Positions 48,962 to 57,803 of a stretch of DNA of 64,000 bases are shown here, one piece after another. Made by a program: the position numbers and the translations under genes. The first letter of the stretch is position 1. Every line of letters begins with the position of its first letter. The stretch spans positions 1 through 64,000 of the forward strand of contig JABIHA010000080.1 of NCBI GenBank assembly GCA_018649885.1, written 5' to 3'. This stretch comes from Bacteriovoracaceae bacterium (GTDB taxonomy: Bacteria; Bdellovibrionota; Bacteriovoracia; Bacteriovoracales; Bacteriovoracaceae). A model generated the notes under the pieces. It made no database searches. It was not told the DNA's origin and worked only from the letters and a program-made list of their open reading frames with translations.

Positions 48962-49846
48962 TTATGCGTTTTTCTTATACCAAGTATCGATTTGTGAATC
49001 GATTTCTTTGATTGATTCTAATTCATGGAAATCTTCATGTGTAAGTGGAGGTCTGAGAAATGGTGTCTCAATCCACTCTTTAGCATGAAGAAGCGCCTTT
49101 GCAGGGATTGGGTTAGATGCCGTAAATAGTGAGGCAGAAGCTTTCTCCCACAGTGGCAGTGTTTCACTTCCTCTTCCAGTGAGGCAAAATTTTGTATACA
49201 AGTGAGTCTGTGCTGGCCAGACATTTGCCGCAACAGAAACGAGTCCCGTAGCTCCTCTTAAAGCAAAGTAGGGCAGAAGCGCATCATCACCGCTAAATAC
49301 TTTTTTGCTCGGCAAAGAGTCTACGAATTCACCAAATCTCTCAATGCTTCCACTAGCTTCTTTTACTGACCAGAAATTGGGGTGATCTTGTAATTCAATA
49401 AGTGCTTTCAAGCTAATTGGTGTTCCGGTTCTTCCTGGAACATTGTAGAGCATACAAGGTCTTGATGCTTTATCAAGTAGGGCCTGAAACCAATTTTTCT
49501 GTCCGATATCATTGGGTTTTGCATAAAGTGGAGTCACCATTAGGTAGCCTTGAACTTTTTGTCCCTCAAGATATTTGACCCACTCTAGAGTTGTTCCAAG
49601 GTTTACTCCTCCCACGCCTACAAGTAGGGGAATACTTAAATTGAGGTCAGTGGAAAATTCAACTATTTTCTTTCTCTCGGATAGATCTAGGTTTAATGAC
49701 TCACCCGTGCTACCAAGAATCACCACACCATTTGAAGCTTCCTCTTGTTTTTTTAGTAATAGCTCTAGTTTTACAAAGTCTACAAGGCCATCCTGGTCTA
49801 GTGGGGTAATAATCGCGGTCCAAAGAGCATATTCGTTAATTGTCAT
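48962..49846 (-). CDS. dapA: 4-hydroxy-tetrahydrodipicolinate synthase
   Basis: GSTGE, LYNVPGRTG, VKEASG, SGDD, NPIP. Confidence 0.95.
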   Translation of the reverse strand: MTINEYALWTAIITPLDQDGLVDFVKLELLLKKQEEASNGVVILGSTGESLNLDLSERKKIVEFSTDLNLSIPLLVGVGGVNLGTTLEWVKYLEGQKVQGYLMVTPLYAKPNDIGQKNWFQALLDKASRPCMLYNVPGRTGTPISLKALIELQDHPNFWSVKEASGSIERFGEFVDSLPSKKVFSGDDALLPYFALRGATGLVSVAANVWPAQTHLYTKFCLTGRGSETLPLWEKASASLFTASNPIPAKALLHAKEWIETPFLRPPLTHEDFHELESIKEIDSQIDTWYKKNA

Positions 49847-50532
49847 GAGTGTGTCTCCTGTAGTGTCTCAAAGTAATCATCGAGAACGTCATCAAATGAG
49901 TAAAGACCTGGGGCCTTGATATTTTTGCAAAAATACTCTGCTGCCCAGATTGCGCCTGAAGCAAAGAGTTTTCTATTTTTAGCTTTGTGAGTAAGAGAAA
50001 TCATCTCATACTCTGATTCAATTAAAAGTGTGTGGATTCCCACCACATCTCCCTCTCTGTGAGAAATCATCTCTGCGTCTAGGCCCAGCCAATCTTTCAT
50101 AGAAAGTGCTGTACCACTTGGTGCATCTAATTTGTGAATATGGTGGGTTTCTTCGATCCTTATGCTTGGGGAATTCAGAATTTCTTTTGCAGCATTTAGG
50201 GTCTTAAGAACTCTTCTAAGTAAGTTAACTCCCATAGAAAAATTGGAGGCGTATAACCACTTTAGCTTTTGGTCTTTGATTGTCTTTGCAAGCTCACTAG
50301 AATAATCAAAACCTGTGGCCGCACTTACAACAGGAGTTTTAGACTCTAAAAATATTGGTACAAGGGAAGCAAACACTTCTGCAGATGTGAAAGTAATGAT
50401 CACGTCTGCTTTACTTAGCGCCTCGGGTGTTGGAGGATTTTTTGAGTTAAAAGGACCTACAATATCACCTTGGTTTATTAGTTGGGTTAAAAGCCCCCCT
50501 GATTTTCCCGTTCCGACAATGGCGACTTTCAC
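49843..50532 (-). CDS. dapB: 4-hydroxy-tetrahydrodipicolinate reductase
   Basis: GTGKSG, NFSMGV, ETHHIHKLDAPSGTA. Confidence 0.93.
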   Translation of the reverse strand: MKVAIVGTGKSGGLLTQLINQGDIVGPFNSKNPPTPEALSKADVIITFTSAEVFASLVPIFLESKTPVVSAATGFDYSSELAKTIKDQKLKWLYASNFSMGVNLLRRVLKTLNAAKEILNSPSIRIEETHHIHKLDAPSGTALSMKDWLGLDAEMISHREGDVVGIHTLLIESEYEMISLTHKAKNRKLFASGAIWAAEYFCKNIKAPGLYSFDDVLDDYFETLQETHS

Positions 50533-51926
50533 AATTTCACTCCTGGACAGGCTTGGGTAGGCTTTATATCAACTGGATTTTCAATGAAGTGCTTGTGTAA
50601 GTTTTTTAGTATGTTCTCAGCTTCATCTCTTTTTACAAGAAAACAAAGATTGTGTTGGCCGGCTCCATGGCATATGAGCCTTATAGAATGCTCACTTGTC
50701 ACTTTGAAAATTTCTCCCACAAGTTTAGGAGTATGGGCAATGTCATTGCCGATAACAGCTATTAAACAGAGGTTTTCTTCTAATTGAATATGGCAGTGCT
50801 CTTTTAGCTCTCTGGCAACATCTCTTGTAAGGCTGGTTGGCTCGTCTAAGGTAATCGCTACATTAACTTCACTTGTTGTCACTAGATCTACACTTATTTT
50901 GTGCCTGGCCAAAATTGTAAACACTTTGGCCAGGAACCCTGGGGCATGAACCATCTCCAGGCTGGTTAGGGTTAAAAGCTTTTGCTGGCGTCTCATAGCT
51001 AACGCCCTAACAAGAGGTCTATTTTTAGATTTGGGCCTTACCCAAGTTCCACCCTCAAGATGATTTTGAGAGTTTCCCACATAGACTGGGATATTTTTTC
51101 TGATGGCAGGCCAAAGAGTTGCTGGATGAAGTACTTTGGCCCCAAAGGTAGATAGCTCTGCTGATTCATTAAAATTTATTTCGTCAATTTTAATGGCAGC
51201 TGAAACAACCCTCGGATCTGTGGTTTTCAGTCCTGGCACATCTGTCCATATTTGGAGCGTGCTAGCATCAAGTGCCTCTGCAATAAGAGCTGCGGAGTAA
51301 TCTGAGCCGCCTCTACCAAGAGTTGTGGTCTTTCCCTCTTCATCGGAGCCAATAAAGCCCTGAGTAATGACAACATGGTTTTCACAAAGCGGAGTTATTT
51401 TCTCTTTTGCAAGGGTTTTGATTAATTCTAGATCGGGAATCGCTTTTCCAAAATCAGAGTTTGTTTTCATGACTTCTCTAATATCAAGCCAAGTAGCATT
51501 GATACCACAGTCCTGTAATAACTCAGTAAAAAGCAGAGAAGAAAGTCTTTCACCTATAGACAGAAGTGAATCGGTGGCCTGGAGTGAAGCCTCACACAAA
51601 AGAGACATCCCTATTGCTAAATTTTTGGCAGCTAATACTAGCTCTTCGATTTTTTTAAGTGTCTCTGCCCTTACACCAATGTCAGACGCCATAGAGAGGT
51701 GTTTTTCTTCAAGATCTTTTAAGAGCTGTTCTATTCGAGCTTGGTTTTTTTCACCGTATATGGATAGCTTTGCTAGCTCTACAAGAATATTAGTTGTGCC
51801 TGAGGTGGCACTGACTAAAACTACCCTTAGATCTGGGTAGGCCTTTATAGTTTCACCGCATTTTTCCATGGCCTTCTTACTGCCCATGCTGGTTCCACCA
51901 AATTTTGCAACAACCGTTGTACTCAT
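50529..51926 (-). CDS. lysC: Lysine-sensitive aspartokinase
   Basis: KFGGTS, TTTLGRGGSDYSA, GAKVLHP, two ACT domains. Confidence 0.95.
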   Translation of the reverse strand: MSTTVVAKFGGTSMGSKKAMEKCGETIKAYPDLRVVLVSATSGTTNILVELAKLSIYGEKNQARIEQLLKDLEEKHLSMASDIGVRAETLKKIEELVLAAKNLAIGMSLLCEASLQATDSLLSIGERLSSLLFTELLQDCGINATWLDIREVMKTNSDFGKAIPDLELIKTLAKEKITPLCENHVVITQGFIGSDEEGKTTTLGRGGSDYSAALIAEALDASTLQIWTDVPGLKTTDPRVVSAAIKIDEINFNESAELSTFGAKVLHPATLWPAIRKNIPVYVGNSQNHLEGGTWVRPKSKNRPLVRALAMRRQQKLLTLTSLEMVHAPGFLAKVFTILARHKISVDLVTTSEVNVAITLDEPTSLTRDVARELKEHCHIQLEENLCLIAVIGNDIAHTPKLVGEIFKVTSEHSIRLICHGAGQHNLCFLVKRDEAENILKNLHKHFIENPVDIKPTQACPGVKL

Positions 51927-51928
51927 AA

Positions 51929-52918
51929 TTAAACCTTTAGTTTTTGAACGGCCAGTTCTAGGTTTGCAATGGCCGCGCCAGCAGCACCTCGAACTAAATT
52001 GTGACCCATTGAAATTAGGCCAATGATATTTTTTCTTCCGCCTTGCTTGATTCTTCCTATGTGAGCAAATTGATCAAACTCAGTAAGATCTTTTGCCGGC
52101 TGAGGTCGATCCTCCTCAGTATATATTTTAAAGGCCTTGGGAAAACGCTCCTCCCAATTATTTAGAACACTGAGCGCATCATCTACTTTTACATCTTGAT
52201 CAAAACTTACATGCATGGCCACGGTGTGGCCGTGGATAACAGGAACCCTGTGGACATGAGTTGTAATACTAAAATCGGCGTCTTTTCCGGCACTTCCTAG
52301 TATCTTTAAGGCCTCTTGGTTAATTTTGTCTTCTTCTCCGCCAATAAATGGAATGATATTGCCCATGATATCCATGGAGGGAATTCCTGGATAGCCTGCA
52401 CCACTAATGGCCTGTAGTGTGACTACAGATACGTGAGTTATCTTTCCAAGACTCATCAGTGGAGCAAGTCCCATGGAGAGAAAAACAGTGGCACAGTTGG
52501 GATTGGTAATAATTTTCCCTTTTGTACTTTGACTATCAACTAAGCTTATATGATCACCATTTATTTCTGGGATCATCAGTGGGACATTTGCCTCCATTCT
52601 CATAGCACTTGCATTTGAGATGACATGTATGCCTTTTTCTGCAAGGGCGGGCTCAACTTCCCCTGCCATATCTCCTGGAAGTGCAGACAGCACAAAGGGG
52701 CTTTCAACATCGAGGCAATTTTTTAAGACCATCTTCCCCACATTTTCGGGAAGGGAGCTTTTTTCTCTCCAAGTACATGCATCACGGTAAATTTTTCCAG
52801 CATTTTTTGGAGAGGCGGCAATTTCTCCAACGTAAAAATCTGGGTGTCTTTCCACCATAGCGATGAGTTTTTGTCCTACTGTGCCTGTGGCCGCCAAAAT
52901 GGCAACTGGAGTTGTCAT
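51929..52918 (-). CDS. asd: Aspartate-semialdehyde dehydrogenase
   Basis: ATGTVGQ, NPNCAT, QAISGAG, HNLVRGAAG; ATG 52918 after AAGGAG. Confidence 0.95.
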   Translation of the reverse strand: MTTPVAILAATGTVGQKLIAMVERHPDFYVGEIAASPKNAGKIYRDACTWREKSSLPENVGKMVLKNCLDVESPFVLSALPGDMAGEVEPALAEKGIHVISNASAMRMEANVPLMIPEINGDHISLVDSQSTKGKIITNPNCATVFLSMGLAPLMSLGKITHVSVVTLQAISGAGYPGIPSMDIMGNIIPFIGGEEDKINQEALKILGSAGKDADFSITTHVHRVPVIHGHTVAMHVSFDQDVKVDDALSVLNNWEERFPKAFKIYTEEDRPQPAKDLTEFDQFAHIGRIKQGGRKNIIGLISMGHNLVRGAAGAAIANLELAVQKLKV

Positions 52919-53006
52919 TACGTGCTCCTTGATTGAAAAAATCATTATAGTAACTATGAAGTGGTTTGAGGAATAAGAAATGAGTGAAAATCAATTTCTT
53001 TCTCTC

Positions 53007-53173
53007 ACAAGCGCTCCACAGCGTAAATTCTGCTCTGGCAGCCAATGGGATTCAACCCACGTGGCCAGCGATAAAAATTAGGATTTCTTCTCGCTTCGGC
53101 GTTGATCCCCTTTACTGTAAGTGACTGTGGTCCTAACCACTACTTTCAGTTATCTGGTCAACGCTCCTCTTGT
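53007..53173 (-). ncRNA. Lysine riboswitch (L-box)
   Basis: Minus strand ACAAGAGGAGCG...AAAGGGG...CGCCGAA...CTGG...GTTGAAT...CTGCCA...TGGAGCGCTTGT; P1 ACAAG/CTTGT; upstream of asd-lysC. Confidence 0.93.
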
Positions 53174-53365
53174 TGTTTGGTGCAGGCACCGAACAGTTCA
53201 AAAGGTGCCTGAAATAGAGTTTTCTGTCAACTTCAGACAGCCTGTGCCCGCTCATGTGGCTTGGGAATTTTAAATATTGTGTCCAAACTTTGAATTTGTC
53301 TTGCTTTGGTTGTTCAGAGACAGGTAAAATTAGAGAGAATTTTTTAGAACCTATGAGGAAAAGTA

Positions 53366-53776
53366 ATGATCTCAACCAAGACCAGATTTCTAATTGTTGA
53401 CGACTATGACATGGTTCTAACTATGCTCAAGGAAAACCTCAGAACAATAGGTTTTAAAGGTGATGTTATCAATGCCGCCGATGGTCAGGAAGGCTTTGAT
53501 GCCTTGGCCGCACAGGAAGAAAAAGGCGAGCCAGTGCAATTTATCATCTCTGATCTTTTGATGCCTGGAATGAGTGGGCTTGATTTTCTCAAACAAGTTC
53601 GCGCAGATGATAAATACAAAGACATTCCTTTTCTGATTCTTACCAGTGATAACGATAGTGAAAATATGATGAATGTTATCAAGTGTGGCGCCAGCAATAT
53701 TCTTCTTAAGCCTTGGACGGCCGATTCTCTAACTGAAAAAATTGCACTTTGTTGGAATAAACACGAAAAAAAATAG
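53366..53776 (+). CDS. CheY-like single-domain response regulator
   Basis: IVDD, SDLLMP, KPW; similar to 36196 and 36617. Confidence 0.9.
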   Translation: MISTKTRFLIVDDYDMVLTMLKENLRTIGFKGDVINAADGQEGFDALAAQEEKGEPVQFIISDLLMPGMSGLDFLKQVRADDKYKDIPFLILTSDNDSENMMNVIKCGASNILLKPWTADSLTEKIALCWNKHEKK

Positions 53777-53785
53777 AGAATGCTC

Positions 53786-54160
53786 TTAGTGCTTTAGCAC
53801 TCTAATGCCGTAAATGACTTCTTCTTTTGACAATGTATCGAGGGAAACTCTTCCATAGGTTCTAGCAACCTTTAGCATGTAAGATAGGTTTTTTTGCCAG
53901 TACTCGACGTCTCCCTTAAGTCCAGATTGAAGCCAGAGTAGGGCACTACTAGTTTCTGAAACACTGTAGCCATATTTTTCTCCAATTTCCATAAGCCTTT
54001 GTTCTACTTCTTCTAGCTTTGCTGGAGGGAGATTTCCCATATGCTTTTGAATTTTATGCATATTTCTTAGATGGATCAATTCTAGGTCTTCACCACTTTG
54101 AGTTGTGGCCCCATTGAATGCCTGGGCAATACGAGTTGAAATTTGGTCAATAAATCCCAT
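53786..54160 (-). CDS. Hypothetical protein
   Basis: 124-aa ORF with AAGGA RBS. Confidence 0.7.
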   Translation of the reverse strand: MGFIDQISTRIAQAFNGATTQSGEDLELIHLRNMHKIQKHMGNLPPAKLEEVEQRLMEIGEKYGYSVSETSSALLWLQSGLKGDVEYWQKNLSYMLKVARTYGRVSLDTLSKEEVIYGIRVLKH

Positions 54161-54208
54161 TGTGTTTCCTTTTATAGGAATCAGTTTACTTTGCTAAAAG
54201 TTTTACCG

Positions 54209-55090
54209 TCAAGTGTGCTCAGCAAGGGGATTGTTGCAGGCAGTTATATCATCGGGATTTTCAATCATTTTGAGAAATGGTTTTCTATAAGGCCTTGCAA
54301 TTCCATGGAATACTTCAATATGGCCAACTTTTTCTATGGCCCAAAAGCATTTTGGAGATTTTAATACCTTGAATATTTCTTCGCCAAATTTATAGGGGAC
54401 AACCTTGTCGTTGGGTCCATGCATCACCAGTGTTTTTACATTGGGGAATAGATGCATGGTATTTTTTGAGGCGAACTTATCGTCAAATAATACAAAGGCC
54501 AAAGGAGAGAAGGGCGTCAGGAGCCAGGACTCTTTCATTTTAGAAAATGCCATTTGACGATAACTGGAAAAAGTTGAATCCAGTACGATTAAATCAATTT
54601 TAGATTTGAGCCTAAAATCAACGAGCGATCTGGCCAGCACCATGCCCCCTAGGCTTTGGCCAAATGCTATAATCTTTTTAGCGCCAATTTTCTCTTTAAG
54701 CTTAAAAGAAAACTCTAATGCAGATAATGCATCTTTGTAGACTGCCTTATGGTCTGGAATACCGGCCGATCTTCCATAACCTCTATAATCCCAAATCAGC
54801 ACATCCACATCATGCTCAGTCAGCCAGGCGAGAGAGGGAAAATGATTAGTAAGATTCATGCCATTACCATGAAAGTGAACTACGAGTGCTTTTGGAGGTG
54901 TCGATTTTTTATTTTTCAGGTGCCAATAGTGGAGAGGAGTGCCATCTTCTGATGAAAAAAAACCGGAGTTATAATTGATTCCAAATTCCTTGGGATCACC
55001 ATACTTGACTTTATTAGGGGCATAGAAAAAGTGACCACAGCCTCCCAATGTCAAAATAATCAGAAATTTAAAAGTGGTAGATAACACCAA
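54209..55090 (-). CDS. Alpha/beta hydrolase, probable lipoprotein
   Basis: LTLGGC lipobox-like, HFHGNG, DYRGYG, GQSLG, HGPNDKVVP; start likely TTG 55090 or GTG 55087. Confidence 0.85.
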   Translation of the reverse strand: MVLSTTFKFLIILTLGGCGHFFYAPNKVKYGDPKEFGINYNSGFFSSEDGTPLHYWHLKNKKSTPPKALVVHFHGNGMNLTNHFPSLAWLTEHDVDVLIWDYRGYGRSAGIPDHKAVYKDALSALEFSFKLKEKIGAKKIIAFGQSLGGMVLARSLVDFRLKSKIDLIVLDSTFSSYRQMAFSKMKESWLLTPFSPLAFVLFDDKFASKNTMHLFPNVKTLVMHGPNDKVVPYKFGEEIFKVLKSPKCFWAIEKVGHIEVFHGIARPYRKPFLKMIENPDDITACNNPLAEHT

Positions 55091-56975
55091 GTTTTCCTTC
55101 ACGGTAAGTTTTATTGCTGTGACTATCAGGAATGACATGAGTGAGCATCATTCTCGCTTCATAGCTTTGCCCAAATGAATAAGAGCTACCTAACGTCGTG
55201 CTGTAAATGGGTTTCATTTTTTTATTGGTATTGACGTTTAAAAATGCTTTTTCACTCAAGTGAATTTTAAATGGTTCAGTGATTTTTATTATAGATCCTG
55301 CATTTATTTGAGGTCCATACCTGAAAGAGCGATTCAGCTTATTTCCATACTCAAGCTTTCCTTCCAGTAGTCCGTAGAGAGAAAATCTCTTGTCAAAGAA
55401 ATCAAAATTCATTCCGGCTCCTGCAAAAAACTGAGGGGAAAGGCATTTATCACAACTTTTATCCTTGGGCTCAGTAGCTAAAAGTCCTGTTGACCAAGAA
55501 ACAGACATGATCGCCTTGTCCACAGGAGTGAGAGAGGTGGCGCCAAAAATTTGAATTTCCTCAACTCTAAAATTCTTATCAGTATAGTTATATCTGAAGC
55601 GTCCAGAGAGAAACTCAATTTGAGAGTTTTTTGGATAACCTCTATCATCATTTAAAAGATCATGAAGTCCCGATCTAAGTCTCAGTTCTGTGAAATTATC
55701 CAATTTATTATTGTTGCCTCCAAACAGCCATGCTGAGTATCCATTGTGGGATTTATCTGGTCTGGCTTCACTATAGGTATGGAATAATTTTTTCTCTTTA
55801 TAGTCGGCAACTCCACCTAAAATGGCCCTACTGACAAGGGCATTTCGAAGACTGTCTTTAAAGACCTTTACGCCGCCGGTTTTGGAAGCAAATGTTTTGT
55901 ATCTAAGAAAGCTAATATAAGCTTCAAGTGCCTCTCTATCCTGAGTTTCTTTTGGTTGTATTTTACCGTTAACTAGATCGTAAAAAATTTCTTTTTCATC
56001 ATCTTTTAGCGCCACTCTTCTTTTATCCAATAATTTTTGAAGAGATGGTCTATAGGTGACATTAACAACTGAGCCGGGGTAGCGGTCAAAGACCTTGATT
56101 GTGTCTGCCGGCAGTACATAAAAAGGAAAGCCTGAGGTCAAATCCCAATCTGGTTTAGCGACTTCAATTAAAGTTAGTAGCTGGTAGGCGCAGTTTTCAT
56201 CAATGAAGAAGTATTTAAATCTATTGTTGTAACCAAGCTCCCAAAAGTGGGCCATCATTCTTGTTAGCTCATCTTTTTTTAAATCGAGGTGGTATTCCCA
56301 TATATCTCGACTTTCTGATTTGGTGTATTCATTTAATTTTTCATAGTAAGGCTTTAGTGAGAAGTCTCCCCAATACCCACCTGTCAGTCCATAGACTGCA
56401 AACATCAAGCCCCCATTCATATCAGCGGAGGCGGCAAAACTAATTCCATAGTCTGAGATTCTTCCATCCGAGTCTTTTAATTCCTCTAAAGGGACAGAGT
56501 TGAGCTTTAAGAAAGTGTGACCAAATATAGAGGCAGGGTTTCCAGCGTAGTAGCTAGAAAAGACCAGACTGGCACTTTCAGCATTAATGGCCTTCATCCA
56601 CTGTTCATATTCGGGGCAAGATTTCTTGGCAATGGGAAGGGCGAGCTCTTTCATTAGATAGCGAGATCTTTCAGGAAAAGCACATTGTGGGTGAGTTTTT
56701 AGCCGACCAACTTCTATATTTTGGTCCAGTACCGCCACTGATGCCATCATCTCTTTAAAAGCATCAGTCCGACCATCTTTCGAAAAGAAAAAATCATCTC
56801 CATCTGCTTGGGATCTGAACCCTCTGATACCGGTACGGTAGTGCATAAGTCGGTGCCAATAGAGTTTCCCCGAGAGGCCCTTAATTTTTTTCTCTAATTT
56901 CGCGTCTATTTTAAAGGCGTGGACAGCAGTAGAGTAAACACATAGTAGCAAAGCAATAAGTCTGGCAGTTTTCAC
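55068..56975 (-). CDS. DUF4105 (Lnb-like) protein with C-terminal beta-barrel
   Basis: PASIFGHTFL, ESRDIWEY, YFFIDENCAYQ; C-terminal Phe. Confidence 0.85.
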   Translation of the reverse strand: MKTARLIALLLCVYSTAVHAFKIDAKLEKKIKGLSGKLYWHRLMHYRTGIRGFRSQADGDDFFFSKDGRTDAFKEMMASVAVLDQNIEVGRLKTHPQCAFPERSRYLMKELALPIAKKSCPEYEQWMKAINAESASLVFSSYYAGNPASIFGHTFLKLNSVPLEELKDSDGRISDYGISFAASADMNGGLMFAVYGLTGGYWGDFSLKPYYEKLNEYTKSESRDIWEYHLDLKKDELTRMMAHFWELGYNNRFKYFFIDENCAYQLLTLIEVAKPDWDLTSGFPFYVLPADTIKVFDRYPGSVVNVTYRPSLQKLLDKRRVALKDDEKEIFYDLVNGKIQPKETQDREALEAYISFLRYKTFASKTGGVKVFKDSLRNALVSRAILGGVADYKEKKLFHTYSEARPDKSHNGYSAWLFGGNNNKLDNFTELRLRSGLHDLLNDDRGYPKNSQIEFLSGRFRYNYTDKNFRVEEIQIFGATSLTPVDKAIMSVSWSTGLLATEPKDKSCDKCLSPQFFAGAGMNFDFFDKRFSLYGLLEGKLEYGNKLNRSFRYGPQINAGSIIKITEPFKIHLSEKAFLNVNTNKKMKPIYSTTLGSSYSFGQSYEARMMLTHVIPDSHSNKTYREGKLGVIYHF

Positions 56976-57052
56976 GTAGATTTTTCCTGAAAAAATTGAT
57001 CAGAAATAATTCTGGCAGGCTGTCATAGGTGTGTAAAGGAGAGTATTTGATC

Positions 57053-57083
57053 AAAAAAAAGGGACCCCGCAAGAGATCCCTTC
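57053..57083 (-). terminator. Rho-independent terminator after the DUF3015 gene
   Basis: Minus strand aagggatctc-ttgc-ggggtccc followed by a T run. Confidence 0.85.
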
Positions 57084-57105
57084 AATATTATCTGAAATTT
57101 AACTA

Positions 57106-57549
57106 TTATACGCGAGTACAGTAGCTTCTGGCAGCTTTAAGAAGCTGTGCAGGAGTGGTATTTTCAGACTTAATGATGCTGTGGTAGTTGCTTTGAACAG
57201 CTTTACTGAATGAAGTTGAATCACAACCCATTGTAGCAGCAAATCCATTTAAGTACTCACCTTGACCAAGTGCCATTTCAACAACTAGGTTTTCATAGTT
57301 GGCTTCAGCAAAATAAAGTGGTGCAGCGTCATTTTTAACAATAGAGTGTCTAGTACATCCTAAAGTTCCAGAGGTCATTCCAAATGTGTTTGGAACCACT
57401 GAGTTTGTTGTCCCTCTAGTAGTTGTAGCAACTAGAGAAAGTTTTTTGGTTACTTGCCAGCCAAGACCACAGCCATCTGACTTGTCTTCTGCAAAGCTTG
57501 AAAGTGAAAATAGTGAAGCCACAACAGCTACGATTAATAATTTTTTCAT
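57106..57549 (-). CDS. DUF3015 family secreted protein
   Basis: GCGLG, TFGMTSGTLGC, EMALGQGEYL; AGGAGG RBS. Confidence 0.85.
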   Translation of the reverse strand: MKKLLIVAVVASLFSLSSFAEDKSDGCGLGWQVTKKLSLVATTTRGTTNSVVPNTFGMTSGTLGCTRHSIVKNDAAPLYFAEANYENLVVEMALGQGEYLNGFAATMGCDSTSFSKAVQSNYHSIIKSENTTPAQLLKAARSYCTRV

Positions 57550-57803
57550 CCTATTCCTCCTTGAATGATACAAAATGATTCATTAATTCTTTTAAGTATT
57601 TAAGATTATACTTATTTTACTGCTCTTTTAAATCATTTTTTGAGATAAAATGAGCTGTGTTGAATTTCTTAATGAATGGAAGTGTTGGATAATCTCCTAG
57701 CGTTTTTGGCCGGTACCAGTAGAAAAAAACCAATTAATTTGCTATGTTTACGTCCCACAAGTGTATCCAATTGACTGTGTGTTTATTTAGGTGAGGTTGA
57801 GTA

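Noticed and set aside
52782..53375. Minus-strand ORFs 52782-53045 and 53133-53375
   Set aside because: They overlap asd, the riboswitch and the CheY-like start, with no recognisable protein features.
57574..57803. T-box leader upstream of ileS
   Set aside because: No T-box consensus or terminator visible.
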